From an uncultured Bacteroidales bacterium (GTDB taxonomy: Bacteria > Bacteroidota > Bacteroidia > Bacteroidales > WCHB1-69), in assembly GCA_937949745.1 (NCBI GenBank), contig CALECM010000073.1, positions 21,086 to 85,085 of the forward strand: 64,000 nt of DNA, read 5' to 3'. The translations under genes and the position numbers were made by a program. The notes beneath the pieces were generated by a model that was given only the letters and a program-made list of their open reading frames with translations, ran no database searches and had not been told where the DNA came from. Shown piece by piece: positions 34,922 through 45,139 of this stretch (its first letter is position 1; each line of letters starts with the position of its first letter).

Positions 34922-36019
34922 TCAATCTCCGAATGACATGCCCAGTCCCCGGGCCGTATGAACCAGGTCGTCGTTCCTGTCAACAAGATGAGGCTTTTCA
35001 ATGGCTTTCCGGATCGGGACAGTAGAAAAATGGGTATTACGGTAAACGACCATCTGGTTGTATTCTTTATTCATAACCATTTCGAAAGCCTTGACCCCGA
35101 AAGCTGTAGCTATGATCCTGTCGTAAGCCACAGGAGTTCCGCCACGTTGTAAATGCCCAAGTACCGTGACCCTGATATCGTGGTCAACACCTGCATTGAT
35201 CAATTCTGCTTTTAGTTTCTCTCCGGCTCCCCCGAACTTAAAATTAGGGTCTCCAATGCTGGTAGGGTTGTTTCCGGTTTTTTTACCGTCAAGCGCCATG
35301 GCCCCTTCGGCTATAACTATGTTGCAGAAACCTTCGTTGTCCCTGTATCTTGTCGCGATTTTTTCCGCTACCTTCGCAGGGTCATACGGGATTTCAGGAA
35401 TAAGGCATACGTCCGCACCACCTGCAATCGCAGAGTGGAGCGCGATCCATCCGGCATCCCGGCCCATCACTTCCATAATAAAGATACGGTTATGGCTTTC
35501 CGCAGTAGTCACTAATTTGTCAAGTGCCTCCGTCGCTATCTGGACAGCCGTCTGGAATCCGAAGGTAAAATCGGTACAGTCAAGGTCATTATCGATCGTT
35601 TTGGGAACACCCACCACGTTCATTCCTAATTCGCTTAATTGTAAAGAAATGCGCTGGGACCCGTCTCCCCCGATATTGATGATGGCATCGATCCCCATAT
35701 TCTGCAACCTCTCTTTCATCAGTCCGCTACGGTCTTCCGTCGTCCAGGTACCGTCGGGAAGTTGTACGGGAAAATGGAACGGACCGCCCCTGTTGGTCGT
35801 TTTGATGATGGTCCCGCCTTTGACATGAAGACCTGAAACATTCTTGAGAGTGAGGGGCATCAATTCGATATTATCTTTTAATATACCATTGAAAGACTCT
35901 ATGCATCCTATAACTTCCCAGTTTTTTTCCTGGGACACTCTTTTAACAATACCCCTGATTACGGCATTCAGTCCGGGGCAGTCTCCGCCTCCGGTTGCGA
36001 CTAAAATTTTTCCTGCCAT
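34922..36019 (-). CDS. pfkA: 6-phosphofructokinase (ATP-dependent type by GGDGS motif)
   Basis: 365 aa with GGGDCPGLNAVIRG, IGGDGS, PKTIDNDL and MGRDAGW. Confidence 0.9.
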   Translation of the reverse strand: MAGKILVATGGGDCPGLNAVIRGIVKRVSQEKNWEVIGCIESFNGILKDNIELMPLTLKNVSGLHVKGGTIIKTTNRGGPFHFPVQLPDGTWTTEDRSGLMKERLQNMGIDAIINIGGDGSQRISLQLSELGMNVVGVPKTIDNDLDCTDFTFGFQTAVQIATEALDKLVTTAESHNRIFIMEVMGRDAGWIALHSAIAGGADVCLIPEIPYDPAKVAEKIATRYRDNEGFCNIVIAEGAMALDGKKTGNNPTSIGDPNFKFGGAGEKLKAELINAGVDHDIRVTVLGHLQRGGTPVAYDRIIATAFGVKAFEMVMNKEYNQMVVYRNTHFSTVPIRKAIEKPHLVDRNDDLVHTARGLGMSFGD

Positions 36020-36173
36020 TTTTTGGTTACAAAGTTACTAAAAACTTCTTATACGGTTTTCCGGTGCGTTATTTTTTTGAAATATATAATCTTGTCTGAT
36101 AAATTTATTATTTTTGCAGTTGATTATTGCAGTGTGGGGAATTATATTAAATCCCATCCATCAAACATAAAGT

Positions 36174-37145
36174 ATGAAGAAGGTTTTTTTTATTTTATTT
36201 TTGTCATTTCTTTTAATAAAAGTTGGGGCACAGGAAGTGGTCATGCAGGATGGTGTAGCTGTAAACAAATGTGATTTTAATTATTTGGATCCGGGAGGTT
36301 TAAACGATTATCCCCCGAACTTGGATTATACACAAACAGTTTGTTCCGATAATAACGATCCTTTTAGTTTTTTTTTCGATGAATTCGTATTGGGAGATGG
36401 AGATACACTGTATATCTATAATGGTACCGCCGTGGATCCGCGTAATCTCTTATTGAGGCTTACACGTAATAATCAGCCTAATATGTACCCATATAACTAT
36501 CAGTCCGCCCGGGAATGCCTTACATTCCGATTTGTATCGGGACCGAACAATCCGGGAAACAGTGGCTGGAGTATTTTTATGGGATGTCCGGTTTGTAATT
36601 CCACTTCAATTATTGCCCGGTTCGATGCCGATCCCAATCCCGTCTACCTGGATAACGGACAGGCACCGGTAAGTTTTACGGATTTAACAATAAATTCAGT
36701 GAAATGGAATTGGTACTTTGGTGATCCTGCCGGTTCTACCTCTATCGTAGCTTCTCCTAATCATATTTATACCACAGCCGGAAATTACCGGGTAAAACTT
36801 GTGGTAGAGAATGCGGACGGATGTAAGGATTCAACCTACAAAACGATTACGGTGGAAGCGCCGTTTTTCCTTTATGTACCCAACGCCTTTACTCCTAACG
36901 GAGATGGTGTCAATGATGAATTCGGGGCCAAATGCAGCGGTGTAGATCCCGACCGGTTTGAAATGGCTATTTACAGCCGTAGCGGCCAGATTGTATTCAG
37001 AACTACTACTCCCGGAGGTACCTGGGACGGGAAAGACAGGAATGGTAAAGTTTGCCCTTTCGGCGAATATATATATATTGTTAAAGCCTACACTTCCGAC
37101 GGAATTAAAAAGGAATACGTGGGCGGAGTGACCTTAATAAGGTAA
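36174..37145 (+). CDS. Secreted protein with CUB-like and PKD domains and a T9SS type-B (CHU_C/gliding-motility-associated) C-terminal sorting domain
   Basis: Signal peptide, then PKD-like WNWYFGDPAGST...YTTAGNYRVKLVVENADGC. C-terminal VPNAFTPNGDGVNDEF...GTWDGK...GEYIYIV. TAnnTTTG box at 36109-36116. Confidence 0.75.
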   Translation: MKKVFFILFLSFLLIKVGAQEVVMQDGVAVNKCDFNYLDPGGLNDYPPNLDYTQTVCSDNNDPFSFFFDEFVLGDGDTLYIYNGTAVDPRNLLLRLTRNNQPNMYPYNYQSARECLTFRFVSGPNNPGNSGWSIFMGCPVCNSTSIIARFDADPNPVYLDNGQAPVSFTDLTINSVKWNWYFGDPAGSTSIVASPNHIYTTAGNYRVKLVVENADGCKDSTYKTITVEAPFFLYVPNAFTPNGDGVNDEFGAKCSGVDPDRFEMAIYSRSGQIVFRTTTPGGTWDGKDRNGKVCPFGEYIYIVKAYTSDGIKKEYVGGVTLIR

Positions 37146-37157
37146 ATTTTTAAATAA

Positions 37158-38879
37158 ATGCTTATGAAAAAAATTCTTACTTTTATAATATTCATATTAT
37201 ATGTGTGGCCTCTTATGGCCCAGTCTCCAGCCAAATACTGGGTAGAATTTACCGATAAGAAAAATTCAGTTTATTCGGTTTCACAACCGGAAAAGTTTTT
37301 GTCTCCCAGGGCGATTGAGAATCGCGCCCGTTATAATATCGCGATCAACGAGCAGGATCTTCCGGTGAATCAGCATTATATTGATATGGTAAAGGCATTG
37401 GACGATAGTTTGATCGTGTTTACGAAATCCAAATGGCTTAACGGGATCACTGTTTATTCACAAAAAGATAGTATGAAGGAGAAAATCCAAAATTTATCGT
37501 GTGTGAAATTTTGCGAGAGAACAATAGCTATGGAAAATCCGGAAGAACCCTTTTCCGGCCGTTATACTTACACACCTGCCGGTTCTCCTGTAATACCTGC
37601 CACCACACCCTTTGAAGAGTTGCAATATGGTAAGGGAGAGGAACAGATAAGGCTCAATAATGTACATTGGCTGCACCGGTTAGGATATAAAGGGGAAGGT
37701 ATGGTGATGATGATCATGGATGGAGGATTCCACAATGTGGATTCAATCCGTCATTTCGATATTTTAAGGAAAAATAACAGATTACTCGGTGCCAGGAATT
37801 TCGTACAGCCTGCGCAGAGTCCCTTCAGGAAAGAAAGCCATGGAACAATGGTGTTGTCTTGTATTGCTTCCGATATTCCGGGAGAATTGGTGGGAAGCGC
37901 ACCTAATGTAATGGTATACGTGGCCAAAACCGAAGACGGACGCAGTGAAAATGTGATCGAAGAGGATAACTGGGTAGCGGGTATCGAATGGGCCGACAGT
38001 TTAGGATGTGGCGTTTTAAATTCTTCTTTGGGATATACCAGATTCGACGATACGTTGCAAAGACGTAATTACCGAAGTCTGAATGGTATCACCAGCCGTG
38101 CTTCCCGTGCGGCGACCATTGCCGCCGGTAAGGGAATGATCGTATGTAACAGTGCGGGCAACGAAGGAAGGGGAGGATGGAGATATATCGGAAGTCCCGC
38201 CGATGCGCGTGATATACTTGCCGTAGGCGCAGTAGATAAAAAAGGTAAAAAAGCCAATTTCAGCTCTTTTGGTCCTACGGCGGACGGCCGTATCAAACCG
38301 GATGCGTGTGCGGTAGGTTTTCTGACTGATGTGGCAAGTCCGGGCGGCAGAACCGTGAGGGCGAACGGAACTTCTTTCGCTTCTCCTCTATTGTCGGGAA
38401 TGGTAGCCTGTTTATGGCAGGCATTTCCCAATATCGACAATATGGAGGTTATGGATGCCATCAGGAAAAGCGGAAATCAGGCATCCCATCCTGATGATTC
38501 TTTGGGTTATGGTATTACCGATTTCTTAAAAGCATATAACCTGTTGAACGAATCCCAGTCTGTGAAAGGTCAGCAAAAATTGGATGTTACTTTTGCTTCT
38601 TATGTGTCGCAGGGTGTTCCCGCTGATATAAAGATCAAGGCTGACCAGGAAATCCCGGTGACGATTACTGCGCAATTACGCGGAACTCAAAAGCCGGTCA
38701 GTAAAAATGTGAAACTGAAAGCCGGTGAACAAACCATATCCGTGAAATTGCCTAAACTTGCCAAAAGCGAAAAATACGGTATTGTTGATCTGAAAGTCAC
38801 GGGAAATAATATCGATCGCACGTATGTGATGGGACTGGAACACAAAGCGAAGATAAAAAAGGACAAGGATAAAAAATAA
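37158..38879 (+). CDS. S8-family (subtilisin-like) serine peptidase, secreted
   Basis: 573 aa with catalytic contexts MIMDGGF (Asp), HGTMVLS (His) and NGTSFASPLLSG (Ser). Signal peptide present and a Lys-rich tail. Confidence 0.8.
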   Translation: MLMKKILTFIIFILYVWPLMAQSPAKYWVEFTDKKNSVYSVSQPEKFLSPRAIENRARYNIAINEQDLPVNQHYIDMVKALDDSLIVFTKSKWLNGITVYSQKDSMKEKIQNLSCVKFCERTIAMENPEEPFSGRYTYTPAGSPVIPATTPFEELQYGKGEEQIRLNNVHWLHRLGYKGEGMVMMIMDGGFHNVDSIRHFDILRKNNRLLGARNFVQPAQSPFRKESHGTMVLSCIASDIPGELVGSAPNVMVYVAKTEDGRSENVIEEDNWVAGIEWADSLGCGVLNSSLGYTRFDDTLQRRNYRSLNGITSRASRAATIAAGKGMIVCNSAGNEGRGGWRYIGSPADARDILAVGAVDKKGKKANFSSFGPTADGRIKPDACAVGFLTDVASPGGRTVRANGTSFASPLLSGMVACLWQAFPNIDNMEVMDAIRKSGNQASHPDDSLGYGITDFLKAYNLLNESQSVKGQQKLDVTFASYVSQGVPADIKIKADQEIPVTITAQLRGTQKPVSKNVKLKAGEQTISVKLPKLAKSEKYGIVDLKVTGNNIDRTYVMGLEHKAKIKKDKDKK

Positions 38880-39146
38880 TTATTTCTTACCTTTCCACCT
38901 TTCCAGATTTTTAAGTTTTCTGGTAAACCACCAGGCGGTGATCTTCGAGTTACCGCTTTGGATGAGCATACCGCGGAATAGATCTTTAAAATCCGCCAGG
39001 TTTCCATTGAAAGTAAATTCTCCCTTTTTATAGCAGGAACTGCAATATTGCGTAGTCCTGGATCCGTCTTTATGGGTCCCTCCGCCTTTAGGATCTTTTT
39101 CAATAGGCATTCCGCAGCTTTGGCATATCAGCATTTTTGTCTTCAT
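38880..39146 (-). CDS. Small zinc-ribbon domain protein
   Basis: MKTKMLICQSCGMP...YCSSCYKKG (CxxC...CxxC). ATG at 39146 lies 19 nt after the minus-strand TAnnTTTG box at 39165-39172. Confidence 0.6.
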   Translation of the reverse strand: MKTKMLICQSCGMPIEKDPKGGGTHKDGSRTTQYCSSCYKKGEFTFNGNLADFKDLFRGMLIQSGNSKITAWWFTRKLKNLERWKGKK

Positions 39147-39204
39147 GGTCTGTATTAATGATTGCAAAGATAAGACATAAAATGATGTTCGTCAGTGATA
39201 AATT

Positions 39205-40098
39205 TTATTTTATAGGTTCTACATGTATAATGACTAACGTGTTATCACCATATTTTTCTTTTAAACGATTCTCTATTTTTACGGTAATTTGATGGGATTC
39301 CGTAACGGTCATTTCGCCGTTAAGTCGTATATGCACTTCAATAGCAATATTGTTACCGATAGACCGGGTCTTTAAATTATGGGGATCTTTTACAGAGCTT
39401 TCTTCCATAATGATCTCCAGTATTTCTTTTTGTTTTTCCGCAGGTAACGCTTTTTCCATTAATTCATTGATACAAGGAAGAATCATATCCACAGAGACTT
39501 TAATGATCAAAACACTGACAATTACGGCGGCGATAGGATCCAATATCCTCCATTTTTCCCCTAAAAAGTATGCACCGCCTACCCCGATAAGGGTACCGAT
39601 GGAGGAAAGTGCGTCGGAACGGTGGTGCCAGGCATTGGCTACCAGGACTTTGCTTGATAATTTTTTCCCGGCCAGAAAAGTATACCAGTATAGAACCTCT
39701 TTGACCACAATGGAAACAGCGGCTGCTATAAAGGCGATGATTCCCGGACGGGGTATGATTGTACCGTTACTGATTTCCATAATAAGATTGATACTCTTCA
39801 GTAAAAGAACGGCTCCGACTCCCAGCAATATGAGGGCGATGATCATGGTGGCTAAAGTTTCGTATTTTCCATGCCCGTAAGGATGGTCCGCATCACGTTG
39901 TCTGGAGGATATTTTGACGAAACAGATCACGATACAATCGCTGACCAGGTCTGATAATGAATGGACCGCATCGGCAACCATAGCACTGCTTCTACCGGCA
40001 ACTCCGGTAATGAATTTGAAAACGGATAATAAAAAATTGACGATCAATCCGATAAAAGTAACCCTGTAGATCCCTTTTTCCCGGTTGTTAATAGCCAC
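39205..40098 (-). CDS. Cation diffusion facilitator (CDF) family metal efflux transporter
   Basis: 297 aa with six hydrophobic segments, motifs ADAVHSLSDL and HHRSDALSSIG, and a C-terminal cytoplasmic domain. Confidence 0.85.
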   Translation of the reverse strand: MAINNREKGIYRVTFIGLIVNFLLSVFKFITGVAGRSSAMVADAVHSLSDLVSDCIVICFVKISSRQRDADHPYGHGKYETLATMIIALILLGVGAVLLLKSINLIMEISNGTIIPRPGIIAFIAAAVSIVVKEVLYWYTFLAGKKLSSKVLVANAWHHRSDALSSIGTLIGVGGAYFLGEKWRILDPIAAVIVSVLIIKVSVDMILPCINELMEKALPAEKQKEILEIIMEESSVKDPHNLKTRSIGNNIAIEVHIRLNGEMTVTESHQITVKIENRLKEKYGDNTLVIIHVEPIK

Positions 40099-40113
40099 TT
40101 TGATAAAATTAAA

Positions 40114-41082
40114 TTAATAAATCCCTTCCCTGAGGATGTCATGCATATGGATGACTCCTAAATATTGATTGTCATTATTAACAACAAAGAGATTGGTGAT
40201 GTTTGATTTTTTCATCAATTCGAGGGCTTCGACCGCAAGGGTATCATTTTGGATCATTTTCGGTTTTTGGGTCATGATATCCCCGGCTTTAAGGTGAGTG
40301 TAATCTTTTTCCTGCTGTAACATCCTTCTCAAATCACCGTCGGTAATCGCTCCGATCAGTTGATTATCTTTGATCACTGCCGTAACTCCGAGGCGTTTAC
40401 CGGAGATTTCCAGTATCACTTCCCTCAGGGGATCTTCCGGCGATACTTCCGGCCGGGCATTTTGTTTGTATAGGTCGGTAACCTTAAGATACAATCTTTT
40501 ACCTAAAATTCCTCCCGGATGATACCGGGCAAAATCTTCCGGGGTAAAACCGCGCATTTCGATCAGGCAACTGGCCATGGCATCTCCCAAAGCAAGCTGG
40601 ACCGTAGAGCTCGATGTGGGAGCCAGGTTATTGGGGCATGCTTCTTTATCAACCGAACAATTAAGAAAATAATCCGCTTCTTTCGCCAGGAAAGAATCGG
40701 GATTTCCCGCCATGGCGATCAGAGTGTTGCCACTTCTTTTTAAAAAAGGTACCAGTACCGATATTTCCGGAGTATTGCCGCTTTTTGAGAGACACAGTAC
40801 CACGTCTTCCGGTTGGATAATGCCGAGGTCACCGTGTATGGCATCTGCGGCATGCATGAAAATGGCCGGAGTACCTGTGGAATTGAAAGTCGCCACCATC
40901 TTTTGGGCAATAATGGCGCTTTTCCCTATTCCGCTGACAATCAGTCTTCCTTTGGATTGTAGTATTACTTCGAGGGATTCGACGAAATCACGGCTGATCA
41001 GTTCTTTTACTTTGATGAGGGCGTCAGCCTCTTCCTGTATTACACATCTGGCTAAGGTCAAAAGTTCGTCCTGGGTACGCAT
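40114..41082 (-). CDS. kpsF: KpsF/GutQ-family arabinose-5-phosphate isomerase (SIS + tandem CBS)
   Basis: 322 aa with SIS motif GRLIVSGIGKSAIIAQK and a CBS pair at the C-terminus. Confidence 0.85.
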   Translation of the reverse strand: MRTQDELLTLARCVIQEEADALIKVKELISRDFVESLEVILQSKGRLIVSGIGKSAIIAQKMVATFNSTGTPAIFMHAADAIHGDLGIIQPEDVVLCLSKSGNTPEISVLVPFLKRSGNTLIAMAGNPDSFLAKEADYFLNCSVDKEACPNNLAPTSSSTVQLALGDAMASCLIEMRGFTPEDFARYHPGGILGKRLYLKVTDLYKQNARPEVSPEDPLREVILEISGKRLGVTAVIKDNQLIGAITDGDLRRMLQQEKDYTHLKAGDIMTQKPKMIQNDTLAVEALELMKKSNITNLFVVNNDNQYLGVIHMHDILREGIY

Positions 41083-41092
41083 GGATTATATT

Positions 41093-42016
41093 TTATTTTT
41101 TTCCGCTATTATATTTCTGAACCCTTTTTATTTCCCCTGCCAGTTTTTCATATCCGCCCCTCTTAATGCAATTATTGGCGAAAAACCGATTGAAAGTATC
41201 GGGATTCAATTGTTCAAAATCCTTATTTTTAAAATGCAAAAATAGGGAAAAATGACGAACCGCATCAGGATTGGGCACGGCAGATGCGTTGTGCGGGCAT
41301 ACTTCCTGGCAAATATCGCAGCCGAATATCCAGGGAGCTTCATCCAGGCAGTATTCTGCGGAAGAAGTTCCTTTAGTGGTAGTATGGTATGAAATACACC
41401 GGGATATATTTACTTTATACGGCTCTTCTATGGCTTTTGCCGGGCAGGCGTCCATACAACGGGTGCAGGTACCGCATTCTTGTCCGGATAAAACCCGGTC
41501 ATAATCCAGAACGAGGTCAGTCAATATTAATCCTATCAGGCAAAAAGAACCTGACTCACTCCTGAAAAGGGAATTTTTCCCGATAGTTCCCAGTCCTGCC
41601 TTCACCGCCCAGTTCTTTTCCGATATGGGAGATGTGTCTACCGTAATTTTAAATTTAGCTTCCGGCTGTTTGCCTCTTATAAATTCCGTGATTTCTTTTA
41701 GTTTCTTTTTCAGGAAAATATGGTAATCGTCCATTAAAGCATATCTGGCTATCCTGAAGTCACTATCGAGGGAAGGCGTATTATAATGATAAAGGCAAAC
41801 GATAATACTTCTGCAGCCGGGTAATAGTAATTCGGGATTAAACCGTTGCGGAATATTCCGGGCGAGATAATCCAGATTCGCATGGTAACCTTCCCGGATC
41901 ATGGCTTCAAAACGAAACCGCTCTTTTTCCATGAGAACGGCTTCTGCAATACCGCATTGGGTAAATCCCACTTTTCCGGCAAAGGATTTAATATCTTCGC
42001 TTAAAATTACTGTCAT
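41093..42016 (-). CDS. queG: Epoxyqueuosine reductase
   Basis: 307 aa with CGTCTRCMDACP and GCDICQEVCPHN ferredoxin motifs plus the CISYHT context. Confidence 0.85.
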   Translation of the reverse strand: MTVILSEDIKSFAGKVGFTQCGIAEAVLMEKERFRFEAMIREGYHANLDYLARNIPQRFNPELLLPGCRSIIVCLYHYNTPSLDSDFRIARYALMDDYHIFLKKKLKEITEFIRGKQPEAKFKITVDTSPISEKNWAVKAGLGTIGKNSLFRSESGSFCLIGLILTDLVLDYDRVLSGQECGTCTRCMDACPAKAIEEPYKVNISRCISYHTTTKGTSSAEYCLDEAPWIFGCDICQEVCPHNASAVPNPDAVRHFSLFLHFKNKDFEQLNPDTFNRFFANNCIKRGGYEKLAGEIKRVQKYNSGKK

Positions 42017-42876
42017 TCCGGCTTAATAGGCATGATGTCCATCGGGGTGAAGCTGTTTGGAATTTTAATACCGGTAGGTCCCGGAGTGTTGAATTTAAGG
42101 TTCTTCAGTTCGGCTTCCGCCTTAAAATTTTTCAGGTGCGGCAGTTGAATGGTCATCGTATTGAAGAAAGAGGTCGAATCCGTCAAAGAATATCGGTCAT
42201 AGTTGATCAATAAAGCGTGGTTGATGTTTTGCAATGAGATATGGTTCTGCCGGATAAGATGACTGTTGTTTAATGTAAGTATCTGTTCTATACAGTAATT
42301 GTTAAGACTGTGACACCTTTGCGGATATACCAGCCGGACTTCGGTTTCATTTTCGACAATGGCAGGGTTCGATTCGAAATCTTTAAAATCCATACCGTTA
42401 AAAAGTGATTGGAAAATATAAAAATCTATCGGGATCCCTAATAATTCACCCAGGAAACGGGGATCGCCCTGGTAATATTCCTGTTCCAGTTTATTCACGA
42501 AAGTGATCTCTTGCGGGGTCATCACCAGTCTCGCCAGTTCAATTCCCGCGATATGGAGATTGAGATAAATAATACTGTCTATGCGGTTTACAAAAAAAAG
42601 CTGTACGGAACGTTTATTATTGTCGAGCTCCATGTTGACTTTCATCCGGTACGATATCCATTCATATCCTGGTTGAAAAGGTAAAGTAATAGTATTCATC
42701 TCCGGGCCCGGCAGAGTATTTTCAGGGAGAGTTATGAAGCTATGGGCAGTATCCGGTTCGATATTGATCATGGAATCCCTTTTTCCCGCGACCGTGTCAT
42801 TCTGAGATTTAAGTGCAGGACAAAACAATAAAAATATCGAGATCAGAATTATTAAGAAGAGTGTTTTTTTCATCAC
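42013..42876 (-). CDS. Hypothetical secreted/lipoprotein; its stop overlaps the queG start by 4 nt
   Basis: 287 aa with N-terminal signal MMKKTLFLIILISIFLLFCPALKSQ. The 4-nt overlap with queG suggests co-translation. Family not recognised with confidence (possibly LolB/DUF4292-like). Confidence 0.4.
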   Translation of the reverse strand: MMKKTLFLIILISIFLLFCPALKSQNDTVAGKRDSMINIEPDTAHSFITLPENTLPGPEMNTITLPFQPGYEWISYRMKVNMELDNNKRSVQLFFVNRIDSIIYLNLHIAGIELARLVMTPQEITFVNKLEQEYYQGDPRFLGELLGIPIDFYIFQSLFNGMDFKDFESNPAIVENETEVRLVYPQRCHSLNNYCIEQILTLNNSHLIRQNHISLQNINHALLINYDRYSLTDSTSFFNTMTIQLPHLKNFKAEAELKNLKFNTPGPTGIKIPNSFTPMDIMPIKPE

Positions 42877-43017
42877 GAAATTAAGAAATTAATAATACAA
42901 AAATACAAGTTTTTTCAGTAGTAATTTTCCGGTAGGATATAATTGGTTATTTTTGCAATGACCTAATCAGATCAATAAAACGGTCGAAGTAAATAACGGT
43001 TTTTAAGAAATAAAATT

Positions 43018-44349
43018 ATGTATAAAAAAATATGGTATTTGCTCTTTTTCAATTTATTATGGTTATCCGGTCCGGTAATTCATGCCCAGGATAGTATTCT
43101 GGCCCGCAGGTATATTACGGATCTGGCTTCTCCTGCCATGTACGGAAGAGGATATTCATACCGGGGTGACAGTATTGCGGCCGCCTATATCAGACAGCAG
43201 TTTACGGATTTGAATATAAAACCTTTGGGAGATAATTACTACCAGTCTTATCAATTTCCGGCTTTCGCTATGGAAGGCGAAGTACGGGTTTCAGTCAATG
43301 GAAAACAACTTGATCCTTTTACGGCATTCCGGATATATCCTTTTTCCAGATCCATACAGCAAAACAATATTCCCGTAATCTATTTTGATCCGGCACTGCT
43401 GCTGGATGATCGTAAACTGGATAGATTTTTAAAGAAGAATCAGAAGAAATTCCGGGATCATTTTGTCGTGATCGACATGGTTAATTACCGTCCGAAGGAA
43501 AGTAAAGATCTGCAGACGGTGAATTTCTTATTGGAAATGATGAAGATAGGGCGGACCAATATTTTTTCTTCACCGGGACTATTGATCACGACGGAAGAAT
43601 TGCCGGTCATAGGACTCAGCATGACCCATTACGAACGTGATTATGCACTTGTTTATGTCATCTTACCGGATCAGGAGAAAATTAAAACAGTGGATGTCTT
43701 TTTTTCCAATAAGCTGAACCTTCATCAAACCCAAAATATAGCGGCTATAGTTCCCGGTAAACTGGAACCCGACAGTTTTATCGTATTTACCGCCCATTAT
43801 GATCATATCGGTAGTATGGGCGAAACCGTCATATTTCCGGGTGCCCACGATAATGCCAGCGGCACGGCGACCGTAATGAACCTCGCAAAATATTACCATG
43901 AAAATCCTGCCCCTTACTCTATGGTATTCCTCCTTTTTAGCGGGGAAGAGGCCGGCCTGAGAGGCTCCGCTTATTTTCTGAATGATCCTTTGATCGCATT
44001 GGATAAGATCAAATTATTGGTTAATATAGATATGTTTTGCGGTGGAGATGACGGGATCATGGTCGTAAATGGAAAAGAGGGTATTCCGGGAGAATTTTAT
44101 GAAATTTTAGTAAGAACCAATCTGAGGAGTAATGCGGTTCCAGAAGTGAAAAATCGTTCGAATGCTGCTAATAGCGATCATTATCCCTTTACCCAAAAAG
44201 ATGTTCCCGCCCTGTTTATTTACACGATAGGAGGTGGTTACGGCGGATATCATGAATATACCGATACCGGTGAAAGATGTTCTCTTTCAAAATGGGAAGA
44301 TATGGTCAAACTTCTTATTTCAGCTACGGAAGAATTTATGCGGCATTGA
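43018..44349 (+). CDS. M28-family metallopeptidase (aminopeptidase), secreted
   Basis: 443 aa with FTAHYDHIG, HDNASGTA and FSGEEAGLRGS. TAnnTTTG box at 42948-42955. Confidence 0.8.
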   Translation: MYKKIWYLLFFNLLWLSGPVIHAQDSILARRYITDLASPAMYGRGYSYRGDSIAAAYIRQQFTDLNIKPLGDNYYQSYQFPAFAMEGEVRVSVNGKQLDPFTAFRIYPFSRSIQQNNIPVIYFDPALLLDDRKLDRFLKKNQKKFRDHFVVIDMVNYRPKESKDLQTVNFLLEMMKIGRTNIFSSPGLLITTEELPVIGLSMTHYERDYALVYVILPDQEKIKTVDVFFSNKLNLHQTQNIAAIVPGKLEPDSFIVFTAHYDHIGSMGETVIFPGAHDNASGTATVMNLAKYYHENPAPYSMVFLLFSGEEAGLRGSAYFLNDPLIALDKIKLLVNIDMFCGGDDGIMVVNGKEGIPGEFYEILVRTNLRSNAVPEVKNRSNAANSDHYPFTQKDVPALFIYTIGGGYGGYHEYTDTGERCSLSKWEDMVKLLISATEEFMRH

Positions 44350-44372
44350 TTTTCTGATTAATAAATTTGGAT

Positions 44373-45038
44373 ATGAAACTATATATTATCCCTACGCCTG
44401 TAGGAAATATGGAGGATATTACACTTCGTGCCCTGAGAATATTGAAAGAGGTGGATTTTATTCTTTGTGAAGATACCCGTACTACCGGAAATCTGTTGAA
44501 AAATTATGATATTACGAACAAATGCGTACCTTATCATATTTTCAATGAGCATAAGCAGGTCAACAATATCGTCAATATGATCAAAAACGCTAACTCCGTC
44601 GGATTGACCAGTGATGCCGGAACCCCCGGAATATCGGATCCCGGATTTCTCCTGGTCCGGGAAGCGTTAAGTCAGGGAATAGAGATAGAATGCCTGCCCG
44701 GAGCTACGGCATTTGTTCCGGCGCTTATCAATTCGGGTTTCCCTACCGACAGTTTTTATTTTCACGGATTCCTGCCGCATAAAAAAGGCAAGCAATCAGC
44801 TATACAAAAATTTGCTGAGATGGATTGTACGGTTGTTTTTTATGAATCACCCCACAGGCTGGTTAAAACATTGGAGATGATGGGTGCGATCCTCGGTAAC
44901 GAGCGGAAAATTTCCGTTTCACGGGAATTGACCAAAATGCATGAGGAAAATTTCCGGGGAACGGTAGCAGATGCCCTGTCACATTTTAGCGAAAAAGGAG
45001 TTAAAGGAGAGATCGTGATGTGTATAGGGAAAGAATAA
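44373..45038 (+). CDS. rsmI: 16S rRNA (cytidine1402-2'-O)-methyltransferase
   Basis: MKLYIIPTPVGNMEDITLRAL...ILCEDTRTTG...SDAGTPGISDPG. ATG at 44373; the track start 44367 is TTG. Confidence 0.85.
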   Translation: MKLYIIPTPVGNMEDITLRALRILKEVDFILCEDTRTTGNLLKNYDITNKCVPYHIFNEHKQVNNIVNMIKNANSVGLTSDAGTPGISDPGFLLVREALSQGIEIECLPGATAFVPALINSGFPTDSFYFHGFLPHKKGKQSAIQKFAEMDCTVVFYESPHRLVKTLEMMGAILGNERKISVSRELTKMHEENFRGTVADALSHFSEKGVKGEIVMCIGKE

Positions 45039-45078
45039 TAATCCGGATTATAGCCGGCGGTATAAATGCTGATCGGTG

Positions 45079-45118
45079 AAAAAAAAGAGACCGAACTACT
45101 TTGGAACAGTCTCTTTAT
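45079..45118. terminator. Candidate bidirectional terminator between convergent rsmI and the PepSY-repeat gene
   Basis: AAAGAGAC (45084-45091) / GTCTCTTT (45109-45116) with a 17-nt loop, an A-run upstream and Ts downstream. The long loop lowers confidence. Confidence 0.4.
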
Positions 45119-45139
45119 AAGGATACGCGAATTGCGGGT

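Noticed and set aside
35166-35828. 220-aa plus-strand ORF
   Set aside because: It lies antisense within pfkA (clear GGDGS and TIDND motifs on the minus strand), and its product is low-complexity and Ser/Pro-rich.
40712-41245. 177-aa plus-strand ORF
   Set aside because: It lies antisense across the kpsF 5' end and the queG 3' end, both well supported on the minus strand.
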